From positions 3,348,001 to 3,412,000 of the forward strand of contig JAUFOQ010000016.1 of the NCBI GenBank assembly GCA_040285855.1: a DNA stretch of 64,000 nt, written 5' to 3'. Within the stretch, counting starts at the first letter, position 1, and every line of letters starts with the position of its first letter. Of the stretch, positions 12,317-26,374 are shown piece by piece. The DNA comes from Eukaryota sp. GEM-RC1 (lineage: Eukaryota). Made by a program: the position numbers and the translations under genes. The notes below the pieces were generated by a model. The model was not told the origin of the DNA. It did not search any database and saw nothing but the letters and a program-made list of their open reading frames with translations.

Positions 12317-14085
12317 TAGATATCTTCACCTCTGATGACGTGGCATCTATTCTTAAGGATCTCTAGCAACAATAAACACTTCTTCTTTCCATTTGTATCA
12401 ACGTTGACCTTACGGCAACACAAACATCCTAAAAAGGCACCTTCACGCATATAACGAGCTTTGGAAAACCAATTCCACCAAATCTCACAGCAGCAAATGA
12501 ATGACGATGAATGGAAAGTTTTTTCGACTCTACCAGCTCTGACAAAAACTCTGTTCTCAGAGCGTTAAAACGACGAGAAAGGTCTACCGTAAGCTCAGGA
12601 GGTAACCCACGTAAAAAATGATTGACTTTACCTGCAAAACAAACTTGCGATGTTTGCAAAAAAAGGGCATTTAAGGATGCTAACAATGAAGTGTCTCCAC
12701 TTGATTTTTCAGAACAATACAAGAGAATCAAATATCATGTTCCCTTGACTACTCTCAAACATTCTAGACATGTTGAGTACGAATTATGTCCTTTTGACAT
12801 TTCAATTTATGGTCGACTTGGTAAAGAAGCTCTTTGTTTTCTCTGATGTTGAGATAGTTGTAAAAAAAGAATGAACAAGAAATTTGACTTTAAGTTTTGC
12901 TTGACTTGTATTGTTCATCAAAGGATTTGGCTTACATCTAGATTGAAGACGTTTCCTTTATTGCACCTTTTGAGACTATACGAGCAATTTCTGCAGAAGC
13001 TGCCACTTTGAATGAAGAGATTGGTTTAAATCTAAATATTGAAAAGAACGGATTTATGTGCGGAGAAAAACACATAATAAGATACAAATAAATCAACACT
13101 ATTAAAACAAATTATCAAACGAACTACCTAATTCCGAAAAGTAGTTGCCTCGAAACAACTTGGACAAAATGGAATCAACATATCTATACATAGACTTAAA
13201 AATCGAACCGAAATTTCCAATGAAACTGCAAAAGGCTGAAAGACGATATTATTGTGTCTTCGTGAATTCAATGCAGCAACTTGATGTCCGTACTTAGACA
13301 CTTTGGCGTTCTCAGCGTCTTTCAGCGGATCATTTGAGGGATTCAAAATGTTGGCAATAGCTGAAGCTTTGCAAGGATCAACAGTCGTAAAATCAACAAC
13401 AATTTCTTGGCATGACAACCAAGGGCCAATAAAATCACCACGTTTCTGAGTAGAATCAGGGTGATCTGAAAGATGAGAAAGTAATGGTTCGACTTTGCCA
13501 TGGAAACCATTCGCCTTAAACATTTCCAAACATGTATCTCGAAGACTGTTGTGCAAAATTGAACGACAATATATGAACTTTGAACAATTGACCAAATGAT
13601 GAAAGCTAGCCTTATGTTTGTTTTTACAGATACACGTGCTGTTCTGTAACAAATTAAATGGCCAAAAACCTAAACGAAGTCTCATGCTAACAAGCCATTC
13701 ATGATCTTTTAGATTAAAAATAAATCTCCCTGGCAATTGAGTAATGAAAGTAGATGCTGAATCACTACTCATGTCTTGTAAAAATGCACAGAAAGCGGGA
13801 CTTTTAACTTTAGCCAAGCTAATGCAGTTAGTATAGTCCAAGCTCTCATGAAAAGATACAAATTTCTTCTGAAATTTTCTAACACTAAGAGGAAGGGAAA
13901 AAAGCGTACGTTGAGGTGTTTCCGTCACAGATGCAGGGAACAAGGATTCCCAAACATCAGGGTTCATACCATCTACAAGATTTTGAAGTGATATAAGCCA
14001 TTGACAAGGCGAATATCGAATGAGATCTTCTTTAGACCAAAGTAAGGGATAACGTAACTTAAATTCATACAGCAGATTCTTCAAA

Positions 14086-17000
14086 TGTTAGTGAAGATAA
14101 CGATACCTAGTAGATATCTTCACCTCTGATGACGTGGCATCTATTCTTAAGGATCTCTAGCAACAATAAACACTTCTTCTTTCCATTTGTATCAACGTTG
14201 ACCTTACGGCAACAATAATTATTGGCCCTCACTGCAGATGTTTTCTACCCGCGTAGTTCTCCCCTCACTTTCTTCCATGAAAGTAGAAGACGTACTCCTG
14301 TTCCTACAACAGTGGAAAGTGTACTCTTCCGTCACCCCGAAAAAGGACCTTGTTCCGCCAAGGCTCCTCGTCGACCCCTTCTTACTAGAGTCTTTGATTC
14401 TTACTAAGCCGGGGTTGATGCCTCTGAAGAGGTTTTCTTGGATCACCTGAGATCCACCACCTCGTTCTCGACGTACGAGGAATTCCACTCTGCAATATCT
14501 GAGATTAGAGTTGATGTCCGAGAAGGCGATGTCCGTGAACGAATGTCAGGCTACCTGAGGCGTTTCCTTCAGGCGAAAAGCCGGGCTTCCGGACTGAAGT
14601 TGCCTGACTCAGCTTTTATGACACGATTTGCTAAGGGGATCCTTCCCATGGGCTTGCAAAAATCGTTGATAGCTCGGATCCGCGATGAGGTCTTCCCTGA
14701 CTTCTCTACCTTAGTAGATACTGCAACGGATGAGTTGCTTGATTGTTCCAGAGTAGCCTCATGGAATAAGTCTACAAGGATTCCTGCCGAAAACTGCGAT
14801 CCCTCCCGTCAAGTTGGCACGAAATCTCGTTCTTCGGATAGATCTCGCAATCTGGCTAATGGTACTTGTTTTAAGTGCCATCAGAATGGCCATTTAGCTC
14901 GCGTTTGTCCTTCTAAGGTCAAACACGAAATTCACTTCCTGTCTCATGCAAATGACTCGTATCCAGGTCCCAAGCGTTTGTTGAACCCCCTTTCTGAGTT
15001 CAAATAAGTTCTCTGCACAGCTTCAAAAGAAATGGGAAAATGTAGTGTTAGTGAAGATAACGATACCTAGTACAGTCAACTCTCTATAAATGCACACGAT
15101 TGGGGGTGTGCACTTATGGGGTGTGTTCACTTATAGAATTTCCTCTCTTTCTGCCACACCTACACCCCATATCAGCGTTGCTCACTTCATTCTCTTTTAT
15201 ATTGGTAATCAACAGTATATCTATGCTATCTAGAACTACATTCACCCAATTATCTCCTAGTTCTTCCTCACTCCATCTAAAACACTGTGTTTGACTGTTC
15301 TTGACGAGACAGCTTCAAAGGAGCAGTGATGTCGTCTCTCTCTGGATGTCTATGTAAATATCGTTGAACTCTCATGACGCAGATACGAGCTTCTTGAGAG
15401 GAAACGTCATCGTCTTCATCTTCCACAGGTGATGTGATGACATCTTCTTCATCTTCATCTTCTTCAGAAGCCATAAGTCCCCATCTTACTTTCATTGCAT
15501 CAACAATTTCATCATCCGACATAGCTCTTCCTCCTTCTCTTTCAAATACGGGGTAACAGTAGTCTGATGCAGACAAGCCGTCATCGAGGTTGAGCTTTTG
15601 GATGTTACTATCTAGTTCTTCAATTTCACCATCTACTTGGAACATGCCATCGTCACTTTGGGATTGTGGCACAAAACTCCAAATACCCACACGTTCCCAA
15701 CAGTTCTTTATGGTGACTTCGGACACATTTGACCATGCTTCTGCAGACCAATTCATTGCCTGTAGAACGTTGATTTTCTCAGCAGCTTTGTGGCTATTTT
15801 CGTAGTTATTGGCCTCAACTTCGTCAATTACATGAGTCAATAACAAATTTCGGTACTTCGCTTTAAAGCTCCGAATTATTCCAGCATCTAACGGTTGCAA
15901 AGTAGTGGTAGTGTTTGGAGGCAAATAAAAACTTTTAAGAAATGCAACTCCATAGAACCTAAGGAATGCGAAGAAGCATTATCACAAAACAACACACCTT
16001 GTTTACCATAAAGTTGACAATGATTATCGAGCTCTAGACAAATTTCTTGAAAATTAAACGTGAGCATACATGCACTTTTGTTGTTACGATAGGTAAAAGG
16101 CAATTCCTCACGATTAACGTTCTTTAAACAGCGGGGATTTTCATAACGACCATGTACAATGGTAACTTAAATGTGCTGGTCATATTACAACACAATACCA
16201 ATGTCAACCGGTCCTTGGCTGTCTTATGACCTTCAATTTTCTTGTTGGCATTGGTACGGCTTGGCTGCATCCGGTAGTACAATCCAGTTTCATCAAGATT
16301 GAATACAAATTCAGCATCAAACCCTTCTAATTTATCGTCAAAGTTCTGTAAAAAGCTTGACACTGCCGGTTTGTCACGTGAAGCAGCTTCACCGCTCAGT
16401 CGCAGAGAGCGAATGTTGTATCGATTTTTGAATTTGTATAACCAACCCCCATCCAACACAATTTCATTATCAGAAATTTGAAAACTGTTCTAAAGGTCTT
16501 TGCTTTGGTCGTTATGACTTCGTCAGTCATCACAATCCGGTCCTGGTATGCCAAGAACCATTCATAGACGGCAGCATCGAACGCTGGAAATTTGACGGGT
16601 TTAATCCGTTTTGCATTACCGTTTAGAGACATGTGAGTCGCGTCATGAAGGGTTTCGGACTTCGATAAGATTCTCCCAACAGTTGTTCGATGAATCTTTA
16701 GGCCATAGGTGTTAAGAACCCACTGTATTAGCATTTGGGTGGTTCGTTTGGGCATTTGAGAGGCCTAATAGCAAAGAAAACGTTTCTGGTGATAGGTCAA
16801 GGTGGTTTTCTTGGACATTAGGGAAGAAGTGAGACGCAGGCAAAATTGTTTTTAAGGAAAACTGCCACTGCTACTCCTCAAATATCTTGTGAATTACAGA
16901 TATGACTCAAAACAGTAGTTATAGACATGATTTATTGATTGCATGAAAGATAGGTTAGAGAACGACGATACTATACGGATTCTACAGAAGAGTGTCAGGA

Positions 17001-17439
17001 TTACTAGAAGCTGATAGGTTAAGCGCATCAAGTAAGGAGAGATGCGATGATGAGACAACAAGAGCCTGCAGGAAGATGACGATATCGATATTCCATGAGA
17101 ATCTTCCATGTTTTAAAGCAACTGACAGATAGGAAAGATCATTATGAGTAAGATTCTAGGAGGTCAAGAGAGGACACATGGTTTCACGAACTTATGTACA
17201 CTATGAGAACTAACAACTCACTTATTTGTAGACATAGGGACTTTATAAGGCCTCAGGCACAGTTATAAGAAACAAACAGTGTTAAAATATTGGGGGTGTG
17301 CACTTATGGGGTGTGCATTTATAGAGAGTTGACTGTAGATATCTTCACCTTTGATGACGTGGCATCTATTCTTAAGGATCTCTAGCAACAATAAACACTT
17401 CTTCTTTCCATTTGTATCAACGTTGACCTTACGGCAACA
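14086..17439 (+). mobile_element. Gag-only LTR element (copy 2)
   Basis: Same LTRs and CAAA TSD. Confidence 0.9.
15073..17335 (-). mobile_element. pogo-like transposon (copy 2)
   Basis: Same TIRs, TA TSD. Confidence 0.95.
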
Positions 17440-19105
17440 CAAACATCCTAAAAAGGCACCTTCACGCATATAACGAGCTTTGGAAAACCAATTCCACCAA
17501 ATCTCACAGCAGCAAATGAATGACGATGAATGGAAAGTTTTTTCGACTCTACCAGCTCTGACAAAAACTCTGTTCTCAGAGCGTTAAAACGACGAGAAAG
17601 GTCTACCGTAAGCTCAGGAGGTAACCCACGTAAAAAATGATTGACTTTACCTGCAAAACAAACTTGCGATGTTTGCAAAAAAAGGGCATTTAAGGATGCT
17701 AACAATGAAGTGTCTCCACTTGATTTTTCAGAACAATACAAGAGAATCAAATATCATGTTCCCTTGACTACTCTCAAACATTCTAGACATGTTGAGTACG
17801 AATTATGTCCTTTTGACATTTCAATTTATGGTCGACTTGGTAAAGAAGCTCTTTGTTTTCTCTGATGTTGAGATAGTTGTAAAAAAAGAATGAACAAGAA
17901 ATTTGACTTTAAGTTTTGCTTGACTTGTATTGTTCATCAAAGGATTTGGCTTACATCTAGATTGAAGACGTTTCCTTTATTGCACCTTTTGAGACTATAC
18001 GAGCAATTTCTGCAGAAGCTGCCACTTTGAATGAAGAGATTGGTTTAAATCTAAATATTGAAAAGAACGGATTTATGTGCGGAGAAAAACACATAATAAG
18101 ATACAAATAAATCAACACTATTAAAACAAATTATCAAACGAACTACCTAATTCCGAAAAGTAGTTGCCTCGAAACAACTTGGACAAAATGGAATCAACAT
18201 ATCTATACATAGACTTAAAAATCGAACCGAAATTTCCAATGAAACTGCAAAAGGCTGAAAGACGATATTATTGTGTCTTCGTGAATTCAATGCAGCAACT
18301 TGATGTCCGTACTTAGACACTTTGGCGTTCTCAGCGTCTTTCAGCGGATCATTTGAGGGATTCAAAATGTTGGCAATAGCTGAAGCTTTGCAAGGATCAA
18401 CAGTCGTAAAATCAACAACAATTTCTTGGCATGACAACCATAGGGCCAATAAAATCACCACGTTTCTGAGTAGAATCAGGGTGATCTGAAAGATGAGAAA
18501 GTAATGGTTCGACTTTGCCATGGAAACCATTCGCCTTAAACATTTCCAAACATGTATCTCGAAGACTGTTGTGCAAAATTGAACGACAATATATGAACTT
18601 TGAACAATTGACCAAATGATGAAAGCTAGCCTTATGTTTGTTTTTACAGATACACGTGCTGTTCTGTAACAAATTAAATGGCCAAAAACCTAAACGAAGT
18701 CTCATGCTAACAAGCCATTCATGATCTTTTAGATTAAAAATAAATCTCCCTGGCAATTGAGTAATGAAAGTAGATGCTGAATCACTACTCATGTCTTGTA
18801 AAAATGCACAGAAAGCGGGACTTTTAACTTCAGCCAAGCTAATGCAGTTAGTATAGTCCAAGCTCTCATGAAAAGATACAAATTTCTTCTGAAATTTTCT
18901 AACACCAAGAGGAAGGGAAAAAAGCGTACGTTGAGGTGTTTCCGTCACAGATGCAGGGAACAAGGATTCCCAAACATCAGGGTTCATACCATCTACAAGA
19001 TTTTGAAGTGATATAAGCCATTGACAAGGCGAATATCGAATGAGATCTTCTTTAGACCAAAGTAAGGGATAACGTAACTTAAATTCATACAGCAGATTCT
19101 TCAAA

Positions 19106-22100
19106 TGTTAGTGAAGATAACGATACCTAGTAGATATCTTCACCTCTGATGACGTGGCATCTATTCTTAAGGATCTCTAGCAACAATAAACACTTCTTCT
19201 TTCCATTTGTATCAACGTTGACCTTACGGCAACAATAATTATTGGCCCTCACTGCAGATGTTTTCTACCCGCGTAGTTCTCCCCTCACTTTCTTCCATGA
19301 AAGTAGAAGACGTACTCCTGTTCCTACAACAGTGGAAAGTGTACTCTTCCGTCACCCCGAAAAAGGACCTTGTTCCGCCAAGGCTCTCGTCGACCCCTTC
19401 TTACTAGAGTCTTTGATTCTTACTAAGCCGGGGGTTGATGCCTCTGAAGAGGTTTTCTTGGATCACCTGAGATCCACCACCTCGTTCTCGACGTACGAGG
19501 AATTCCACTCTGCAATATCTGAGATTAGAGTTGATGTCCGAGAAGGCGATGTCCGTGAACGAATGTCAGGCTACCTGAGGCGTTTCCTTCAGGCGAAAAG
19601 CCGGGCTTCCGGACTGAAGTTGCCTGACTCAGCTTTTATGACACGATTTGCCAAGGGGATCCTTCCCATGGGCTTGCAAAAATCGTTGATAGCTCGGATC
19701 CGCGATGAGGTCTTCCCTGACTTCTCTACCTTAGTAGATACTGCAACGGATGAGTTGCTTGATTGTTCCAGAGTAGCCTCATGGAATAAGTCTACAAGGA
19801 TTCCTGCCGAAAACTGCGATCCCTCCCGTCAAGTTGGCACGAAATCTCGTTCTTCGGATAGATCTCGCAATCTGGCTAATGGTACTTGTTTTAAGTGCCA
19901 TCAGAATGGCTATTTAGCTCGCGTTTGTCCTTCTAAGGTCAAACACGAAATTCACTTCCTGTCTCATGCAAATGACTCGTATCCAGGTCCCAAGCGTTTG
20001 TTGAACCCCCTTTCTGAGTTCAAATAAGTTCTCTGCACAGCTTCAAAAGAAATGGGAAAATGTAGTGTTAGTGAAGATAACGATACCTAGTACAGTCAAC
20101 TCTCTATAAATGCACACGATTGGGGGTGTGCACTTATGGGGTGTGTTCACTTATAGAATTTCCTCTCTTTCTGCCACACCTACACCCCATATCAGCGTTG
20201 CTCACTTCATTCTCTTTTATATTGGTAATCAACAGTATATCTATGCTATCTAGAACTACATTCACCCAATTATCTCCTAGTTCTTCCTCACTCCATCTAA
20301 AACACTGTGTTTGACTGTTCTTGACGAGACAGCTTCAAAGGAGCAGTGATGTCGTCTCTCTCTGGATGTCTATGTAAATATCGTTGAACTCTCATGACGC
20401 AGATACGAGCTTCTTGAGAGGAAACGTCATCGTCTTCATCTTCCACAGGTGATGTGATGACATCTTCTTCATCTTCATCTTCTTCAGAAGCCATAAGTCC
20501 CCATCTTACTTTCATTGCATCAACAATTTCATCATCCGACATAGCTCTTCCTCCTTCTCTTTCAAATACGGGGTAACAGTAGTCTGATGCAGACAAGCCG
20601 TCATCGAGGTTGAGCTTTTGGATGTTACTATCTAGTTCTTCAATTTCACCATCTACTTGGAACATGCCATCGTCACTTTGGGATTGTGGCACAAAACTCC
20701 AAATACCCACACGTTCCCAACAGTTCTTTATGGTGACTTCGGACACATTTGACCATGCTTCTGCAGACCAATTCATTGCCTGTAGAACGTTGATTTTCTC
20801 AGCAGCTTTGTGGCTATTTTCGTAGTTATTGGCCTCAACTTCGTCAATTACATGAGTCAATAACAAATTTCGGTACTTCGCTTTAAAGCTCCGAATTATT
20901 CCAGCATCTAACGGTTGCAAAGTAGTGGTAGTGTTTGGAGGCAAATAAAAAACTTTTAAGAAATGCAACTCCATAGAACCTAAGGAATGCGAAGAAGCAT
21001 TATCACAAAACAACACACCTTGTTTACCATAAAGTTGACAATGATTATCGAGCTCTAGACAAATTTCTTGAAAATTAAACGTGAGCATACATGCACTTTT
21101 GTTGTTACGATAGGTAAAAGGCAATTCCTCACGATTAACGTTCTTTAAACAGCGGGGATTTTCATAACGACCATGTACAATGGTAACTTAAATGTGCTGG
21201 TCATATTACAACACAATACCAATGTCAACCGGTCCTTGGCTGTCTTATGACCTTCAATTTTCTTGTTGGCATTGGTACGGCTTGGCTGCATCCGGTAGTA
21301 CAATCCAGTTTCATCAAGATTGAATACAAATTCAGCATCAAACCCTTCTAATTTATCGTCAAAGTTCTGTAAAAAGCTTGACACTGCCGGTTTGTCACGT
21401 GAAGCAGCTTCACCGCTCAGTCGCAGAGAGCGAATGTTGTATCGATTTTTGAATTTGTATAACCAACCCCCATCCAACACAATTTCATTATCAGAAATTT
21501 GAAAAACTGTTCTAAAGGTCTTTGCTTTGGTCGTTATGACTTCGTCAGTCATCACAATCCGGTCCTGGTATGCCAAGAACCATTCATAGACGGCAGCATC
21601 GAACGCTGGAAATTTGACGGGTTTAATCCGTTTTGCATTACCGTTTAGAGACATGTGAGTCGCGTCATGAAGGGTTTCGGACTTCGATAAGATTCTCCCA
21701 ACAGTTGTTCGATGAATCTTTAGGCCATAGGTGTTAAGAACCCACTGTATTAGCATTTGGGTGGTTCGTTTGGGCATTTGAGAGGCCTAATAGCAAAGAA
21801 AACGTTTCTGGTGATAGGTCAAGGTGGTTTTCTTGGACATTAGGAAGAAGTGAGACGCAGGCAAAATTGTTTTTAAGGAAAACTGCCACTGCTACTCCTC
21901 AAATATCTTGTGAATTACAGATATGACTCAAAACAGTAGTTATAGACATGATTTATTGATTGCATGAAAGATAGGTTAGAGAACGACGATACTATACGGA
22001 TTCTACAGAAGAGTGTCAGGATTACTAGAAGCTGATAGGTTAAGCGCATCAAGTAAGGAGAGATGCGATGATGAGACAACAAGAGCCTGCAGGAAGATGA

Positions 22101-22461
22101 CGATATCGATATTCCAGGAGAATCTTCCATGTTTTAAAGCAACTGACAGATAGGAAAGATCATTATGAGTAAGATTCTAGGAGGTCAAGAGAGGACACAT
22201 GGTTTCACGAACTTATGTACACTATTGAGAACTAATAACTCACTTATTTGTAGACATAGGGACTTTATAAGGCCTCAGGCACAGTTATAAGAAACAAACA
22301 GTGTTAAAATATTGGGGGTGTGCACTTATGGGGTGTGCATTTATAGAGAGTTGACTGTAGATATCTTCACCTCTGATGACGTGGCATCTATTCTTAAGGA
22401 TCTCTAGCAACAATAAACACTTCTTCTTTCCATTTGTATCAACGTTGACCTTACGGCAACA
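19106..22461 (+). mobile_element. Gag-only LTR element (copy 3)
   Basis: Same LTRs and TSD. Confidence 0.9.
20093..22357 (-). mobile_element. pogo-like transposon (copy 3)
   Basis: Same TIRs, TA TSD. Confidence 0.95.
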
Positions 22462-22689
22462 CAAACATCCTAAAAAGGCACCTTCACGCATATAACGAGC
22501 TTTGGAAAACCAATTCCACCAAATCTCACAGCAGCAAATGAATGACGATGAATGGAAAGTTTTTTCGACTCTACCAGCTCTGACAAAAACTCTGTTCTCA
22601 GAGCGTTAAAACGACGAGAAAGGTCTACCGTAAGCTCAGGAGGTAACCCACGTAAAAAATGATTGACTTTACCTGCAAAACAAACTTGC

Positions 22690-24052
22690 GATGTTTGCAA
22701 AAAAAGGGCATTTAAGGATGCTAACAATGAAGTGTCTCCACTTGATTTTTCAGAACAATACAAGAGAAACAAATATCATGTTCCCTTGACTACTCTCAAA
22801 CATTCTAGACATGTTGAGTACGAATTATGTCCTATTGCCATTTTAATTTATGGTCGACTTGGTAAAGAAGCTCTTTGTTTTCTCTGATGTTGAGATAGTT
22901 GTAAAAAAAGAATGAACAAGAAATTTGACTTTAAGATTTGCTTGACTTGTATTGTTCATCAAAGGATTTGGCTTACATCTAGATTGAAGACGTTTCCTTT
23001 ATTGCACCTTTTGAGACTATACGAGCAATTTCTGCAGAAGCTGACACTTTGAATGAAGAGATTGGTTTAAATCTAAATATTGAAAAGTGTTTCGTTATAG
23101 GAAAACAACTTAATTTATTAACAATTCGTTCAACTGAAGTACCTTTTAATAATTATCTTTCTGATTTCTTGATTGATTTTATTGGTAAAAGGAGAATGTT
23201 GTCAACAGTCTTGATGATTACTTGATTTAGATTCAACAAGAGTTGGATAAAATGAAAGTTCTTGAAATTAGAGAGAATTATTTGCTCTAAAAGTAATAGA
23301 CAACAACACTACAGTTTAAGTTCTTGAAATTAAAAACACTTAACGTTCTTCATGCTCTAAATTTGCTATTCTGGTTTTAATCAATTTGAAGGACAGATGT
23401 TCAGTTGCTTTGATTAACCAAATTCGACAGATTTATGAATTGTTGTCCAAAGATCTTCAATGGATCACAACATTTTAGGACTTGCATTCATGATGATGTC
23501 ATAGATCAAATTCGTGCATTGTGTAAGTCCCACAAAATCGAATCTTTGAAATCAATAATTCAAAAATAGTGATTCTGATAAGAGTTTTGGTAAAGAACTG
23601 CTGATGTCATGGTTCCATCAGTCAATGATGAACTAACGGCTGTTGATACGATTATTGTGGAAGTTTGCAAAAAAAGGCATTTAAGGATGCTAACAATGTG
23701 TCTCCACTTGATTTTTCAGAACAATACAAGAGAAACAAATATCATGTTCCCTTGACTACTCTCAAACATTCTAGACATGTTGAGTACGAATTATGTCCTT
23801 TGCCATTTCAATTTATGGTCGACTTGGTAAAGAAGCTCTTTGTTTTCTCTGATGTTGAGATAGTTGTAAAAAAAGAATGAACAAGAAATTTGACTTTAAG
23901 TTTTGCTTGACTTGTATTGTTCATCAAAGGATTTGGCTTACATCTAGATTGAAGACGTTTCCTTTATTGCACCTTTTGAGACTATACGAGCAATTTCTGC
24001 GGAAGCTGCCACTTTGAATGAAGAGATTGGTTTAAATCTAAATATTGAAAAG
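22690..24052 (+). repeat. Backbone repeat, ~1.4 uninterrupted units
   Basis: GTTTGCAAAAAAAGG recurs at ~22694 and ~23663; contains empty sites for the non-LTR fragment and TIR element. Confidence 0.88.
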
Positions 24053-26374
24053 AACGGATTTATGTGCGGAGAAAAACACATAATAAGATACAAATAAATC
24101 AACACTATTAAAACAAATTATCAAACGAACTACCTAATTCCGAAAAGTAGTTGCCTCCAAACAACTTGGACAAAATGTAATCAACATTTCTATACATAGA
24201 CTTAAAAATCGAACCGAAATTTCCAATGAAACTGCAAAAGGCTGAAAGACGATATTATTGTGTCTTCGTGAATTCAATGCAGCAACTTGATGTCCGTACT
24301 TAGACACTTTGGCGTTCTCAGCGTCTTTCAGCGGATCATTTGAGGGATTCAAAATGTTGGCAATAGCTGAAGCTTTGCAAGGATCAACAGTCGTAAAATC
24401 AACAACAATTTCTTGGCATGACAACCAAGGGCCAATAAAATCACCACGTTTCTGAGTAGAATTAGGGTGATCTGAGAGATGAGAAAGTAATGGTTCGACT
24501 TTGCCATGGAAACCATTCGCCTTAAACATTTCCAAACATGTATCTCGAAGACTGTTGTGCAAAATTGAACGACAATATATGAACTTTGAACAATTGACCA
24601 AATGATGAAAGCTAGCCTTATGTTTGTTTTTACAGATACACGTGCTGTTCTGTAACAAACCAAATGGCCAAAAACCTAAACGAAGTCTCATGCTAACAAG
24701 CCATTCATGATCTTTTAGATTAAAAATAAATCTCCCTGGCAATTGAGTAATGAAAGTAGATGCTGAATCACTACTCATGTCTTGTAAAAATGCACAGAAA
24801 GCGGGACTTTTAACTTCAGCCAAGCTAATGCAGTTAGTATAGTCCAAGCTCTCATGAAAAGATACAAATTTCTTCTGAAATTTTCTAACACCAAGAGGAA
24901 GGGAAAAAAGCGTACGTTGAGGTGTTTCCGTCACAGATGCAGGGAACAAGGATTCCCAAACATCAGGGTTCATACCATCTACAAGATTTTGAAGTGATAT
25001 AAGCCATTGACAAGGCGAATATCGAATGAGATCTTCTTTAGACCAAAGTAAGGGATAACGTAACTTAAATTCATACAGCAGATTCTTCAAATGTTAGTGA
25101 AGATAACGATACCTAGTAGATATCTTCACCTCTGATGACGTGGCATCTATTCTTAAGGATCTCTAGCAACAATAAACACTTCTTCTTTCCATTTGTATCA
25201 ACGTTGACCTTACGGCAACAATAATTATTGGCCCTCACTGCAGATGTTTTCTACCCGCGTAGTTCTCCCCTCACTTTCTTCCATGAAAGTAGAAGACGTA
25301 CTCCTGTTCCTACAACAGTGGAAATTGTACTCTTCCGTCACCCCGAAAAAGGACCTTGTTCCGCCAAGGCTCCTCGTCGACCCCTTCTTACTAGAGTCTT
25401 TGATTCTTACTAAGCTGGGGGTTGATGCCTCTGAAGAGGTTTTCTTGGATCACCTGAGATCCACCACCTCGTTCTCGACGTACGAGGAATTCCACTCTGC
25501 AATATCTGAGATTAGAGTTGATGTCCGAGAAGGCGATGTCCGTGAACGAATGTCAGGCTACCTGAGGCGTTTCCTTCAGGCGAAAAGCCGGGCTTCCGGA
25601 CTGAAGTTGCCTGACTCAGCTTTTATGACACGATTTGCCAAGGGGATCCTTCCCATGGTCTTGCAAAAATCGTTGATAGCTCGAATCCGCGATGAGGTCT
25701 TCCCTGACTTCTCTACCTTAGTAGATACTGCAACGGATGAGTTGCTTGATTGTTCCAGAGTAGCCTCATGGAATAATTCTACAAGGATTCCTGCCGAAAA
25801 CTGCGATCCCTCCCGTCAAGTTGGCACGAAATCTCGTTCTTCGGATAGATCTCGCAATCTGGCTAATGGTACTTGTTTTAAGTGCCATCAGAATGGCCAT
25901 TTAGCTCGCGTTTGTCCTTCTAAGGTAAAACACGAAATTCACTTCCTGTCTCATGCAAATGACTCGTATCCAGGTCCCAAGCGTTTGTTGAACCCCCTTT
26001 CTGAGTTCAAATAAGTTCTCTGCACAGCTTCAAAAGAAATGGGAAAATGTAGTGTTAGTGAAGATAACGATACCTAGTACAGTCAACTCTCTATAAATGC
26101 ACACGATTGGGGGTGTGCACTTATGGGGTGTGTTCACTTATAGAATTTCCTCTCTTTCTGCCACACCTACACCCCATATCAGCGTTGCTCACTTCATTCT
26201 CTTTTATATTGGTAATCAACAGTATATCTATGATATCTAGAACTACATTCACCCAATTATCTCCTAGTTCTTCCTCACTCCATCTAAAACACTGTGTTTG
26301 ACTGTTCTTGACGAGACAGCTTCAAAGGAGCAGTGATGTCGTCTCTCTCTGGATGTCTATGTAAATATCGTTGA
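24053..26374. mobile_element. Truncated composite unit (non-LTR 3' part, LTR element from 25092, pogo end 26080-26374)
   Basis: Matches the 5-kb unit until a junction with Ty3 pol at 26372-26374. Confidence 0.9.
25244..26014 (+). CDS. gag: Intact retrotransposon Gag (256 aa) with CCHC knuckle
   Basis: ATG-initiated, uninterrupted, lies between 5' LTR and purine tract; CFKCHQNGHLARVC. Confidence 0.75.
   Translation: MFSTRVVLPSLSSMKVEDVLLFLQQWKLYSSVTPKKDLVPPRLLVDPFLLESLILTKLGVDASEEVFLDHLRSTTSFSTYEEFHSAISEIRVDVREGDVRERMSGYLRRFLQAKSRASGLKLPDSAFMTRFAKGILPMVLQKSLIARIRDEVFPDFSTLVDTATDELLDCSRVASWNNSTRIPAENCDPSRQVGTKSRSSDRSRNLANGTCFKCHQNGHLARVCPSKVKHEIHFLSHANDSYPGPKRLLNPLSEFK

Larger units (their letters stand above)
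9065..12420 (+). mobile_element. Gag-only non-autonomous LTR retrotransposon (~1.09 kb without the pogo insert)
   Basis: 129-bp LTR TGTTAG...GCAACA (9065-9193); purine tract 10004-10024; 3' LTR split 10025-10051/12319-12420; 4-bp TSD CAAA. Confidence 0.92.
8026..12648 (-). mobile_element. 5'-truncated RLE-type non-LTR retrotransposon (CRE-like), split by nested LTR element
   Basis: Post-RT motif RFGGIG (ORF 12429-12731); RLRLG; zinc knuckle CICKNKHKASFHHLVNC; HNSLRD; KRGD..VVDFT..AENAKVSKY PD-(D/E)xK nuclease. Confidence 0.85.
13047..17667 (-). mobile_element. RLE non-LTR fragment with nested LTR element and pogo (copy 2)
   Basis: Near-identical to 8026-12648. Confidence 0.88.
7626..22689. 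repeat. Tandem array of ~5.02-kb nested composite unit, 3 copies
   Basis: Homologous ORF ends at 8107, 13128, 18147 (spacing 5021, 5019). Confidence 0.95.
18066..22689 (-). mobile_element. RLE non-LTR fragment with nested elements (copy 3)
   Basis: Near-identical to 8026-12648. Confidence 0.88.

Noticed and set aside
10079..12450. Short ORFs (64, 71, 71, 68 aa) recurring in each unit
   Set aside because: Antisense or TIR/LTR-spanning shadow ORFs, conserved only because the DNA is duplicated
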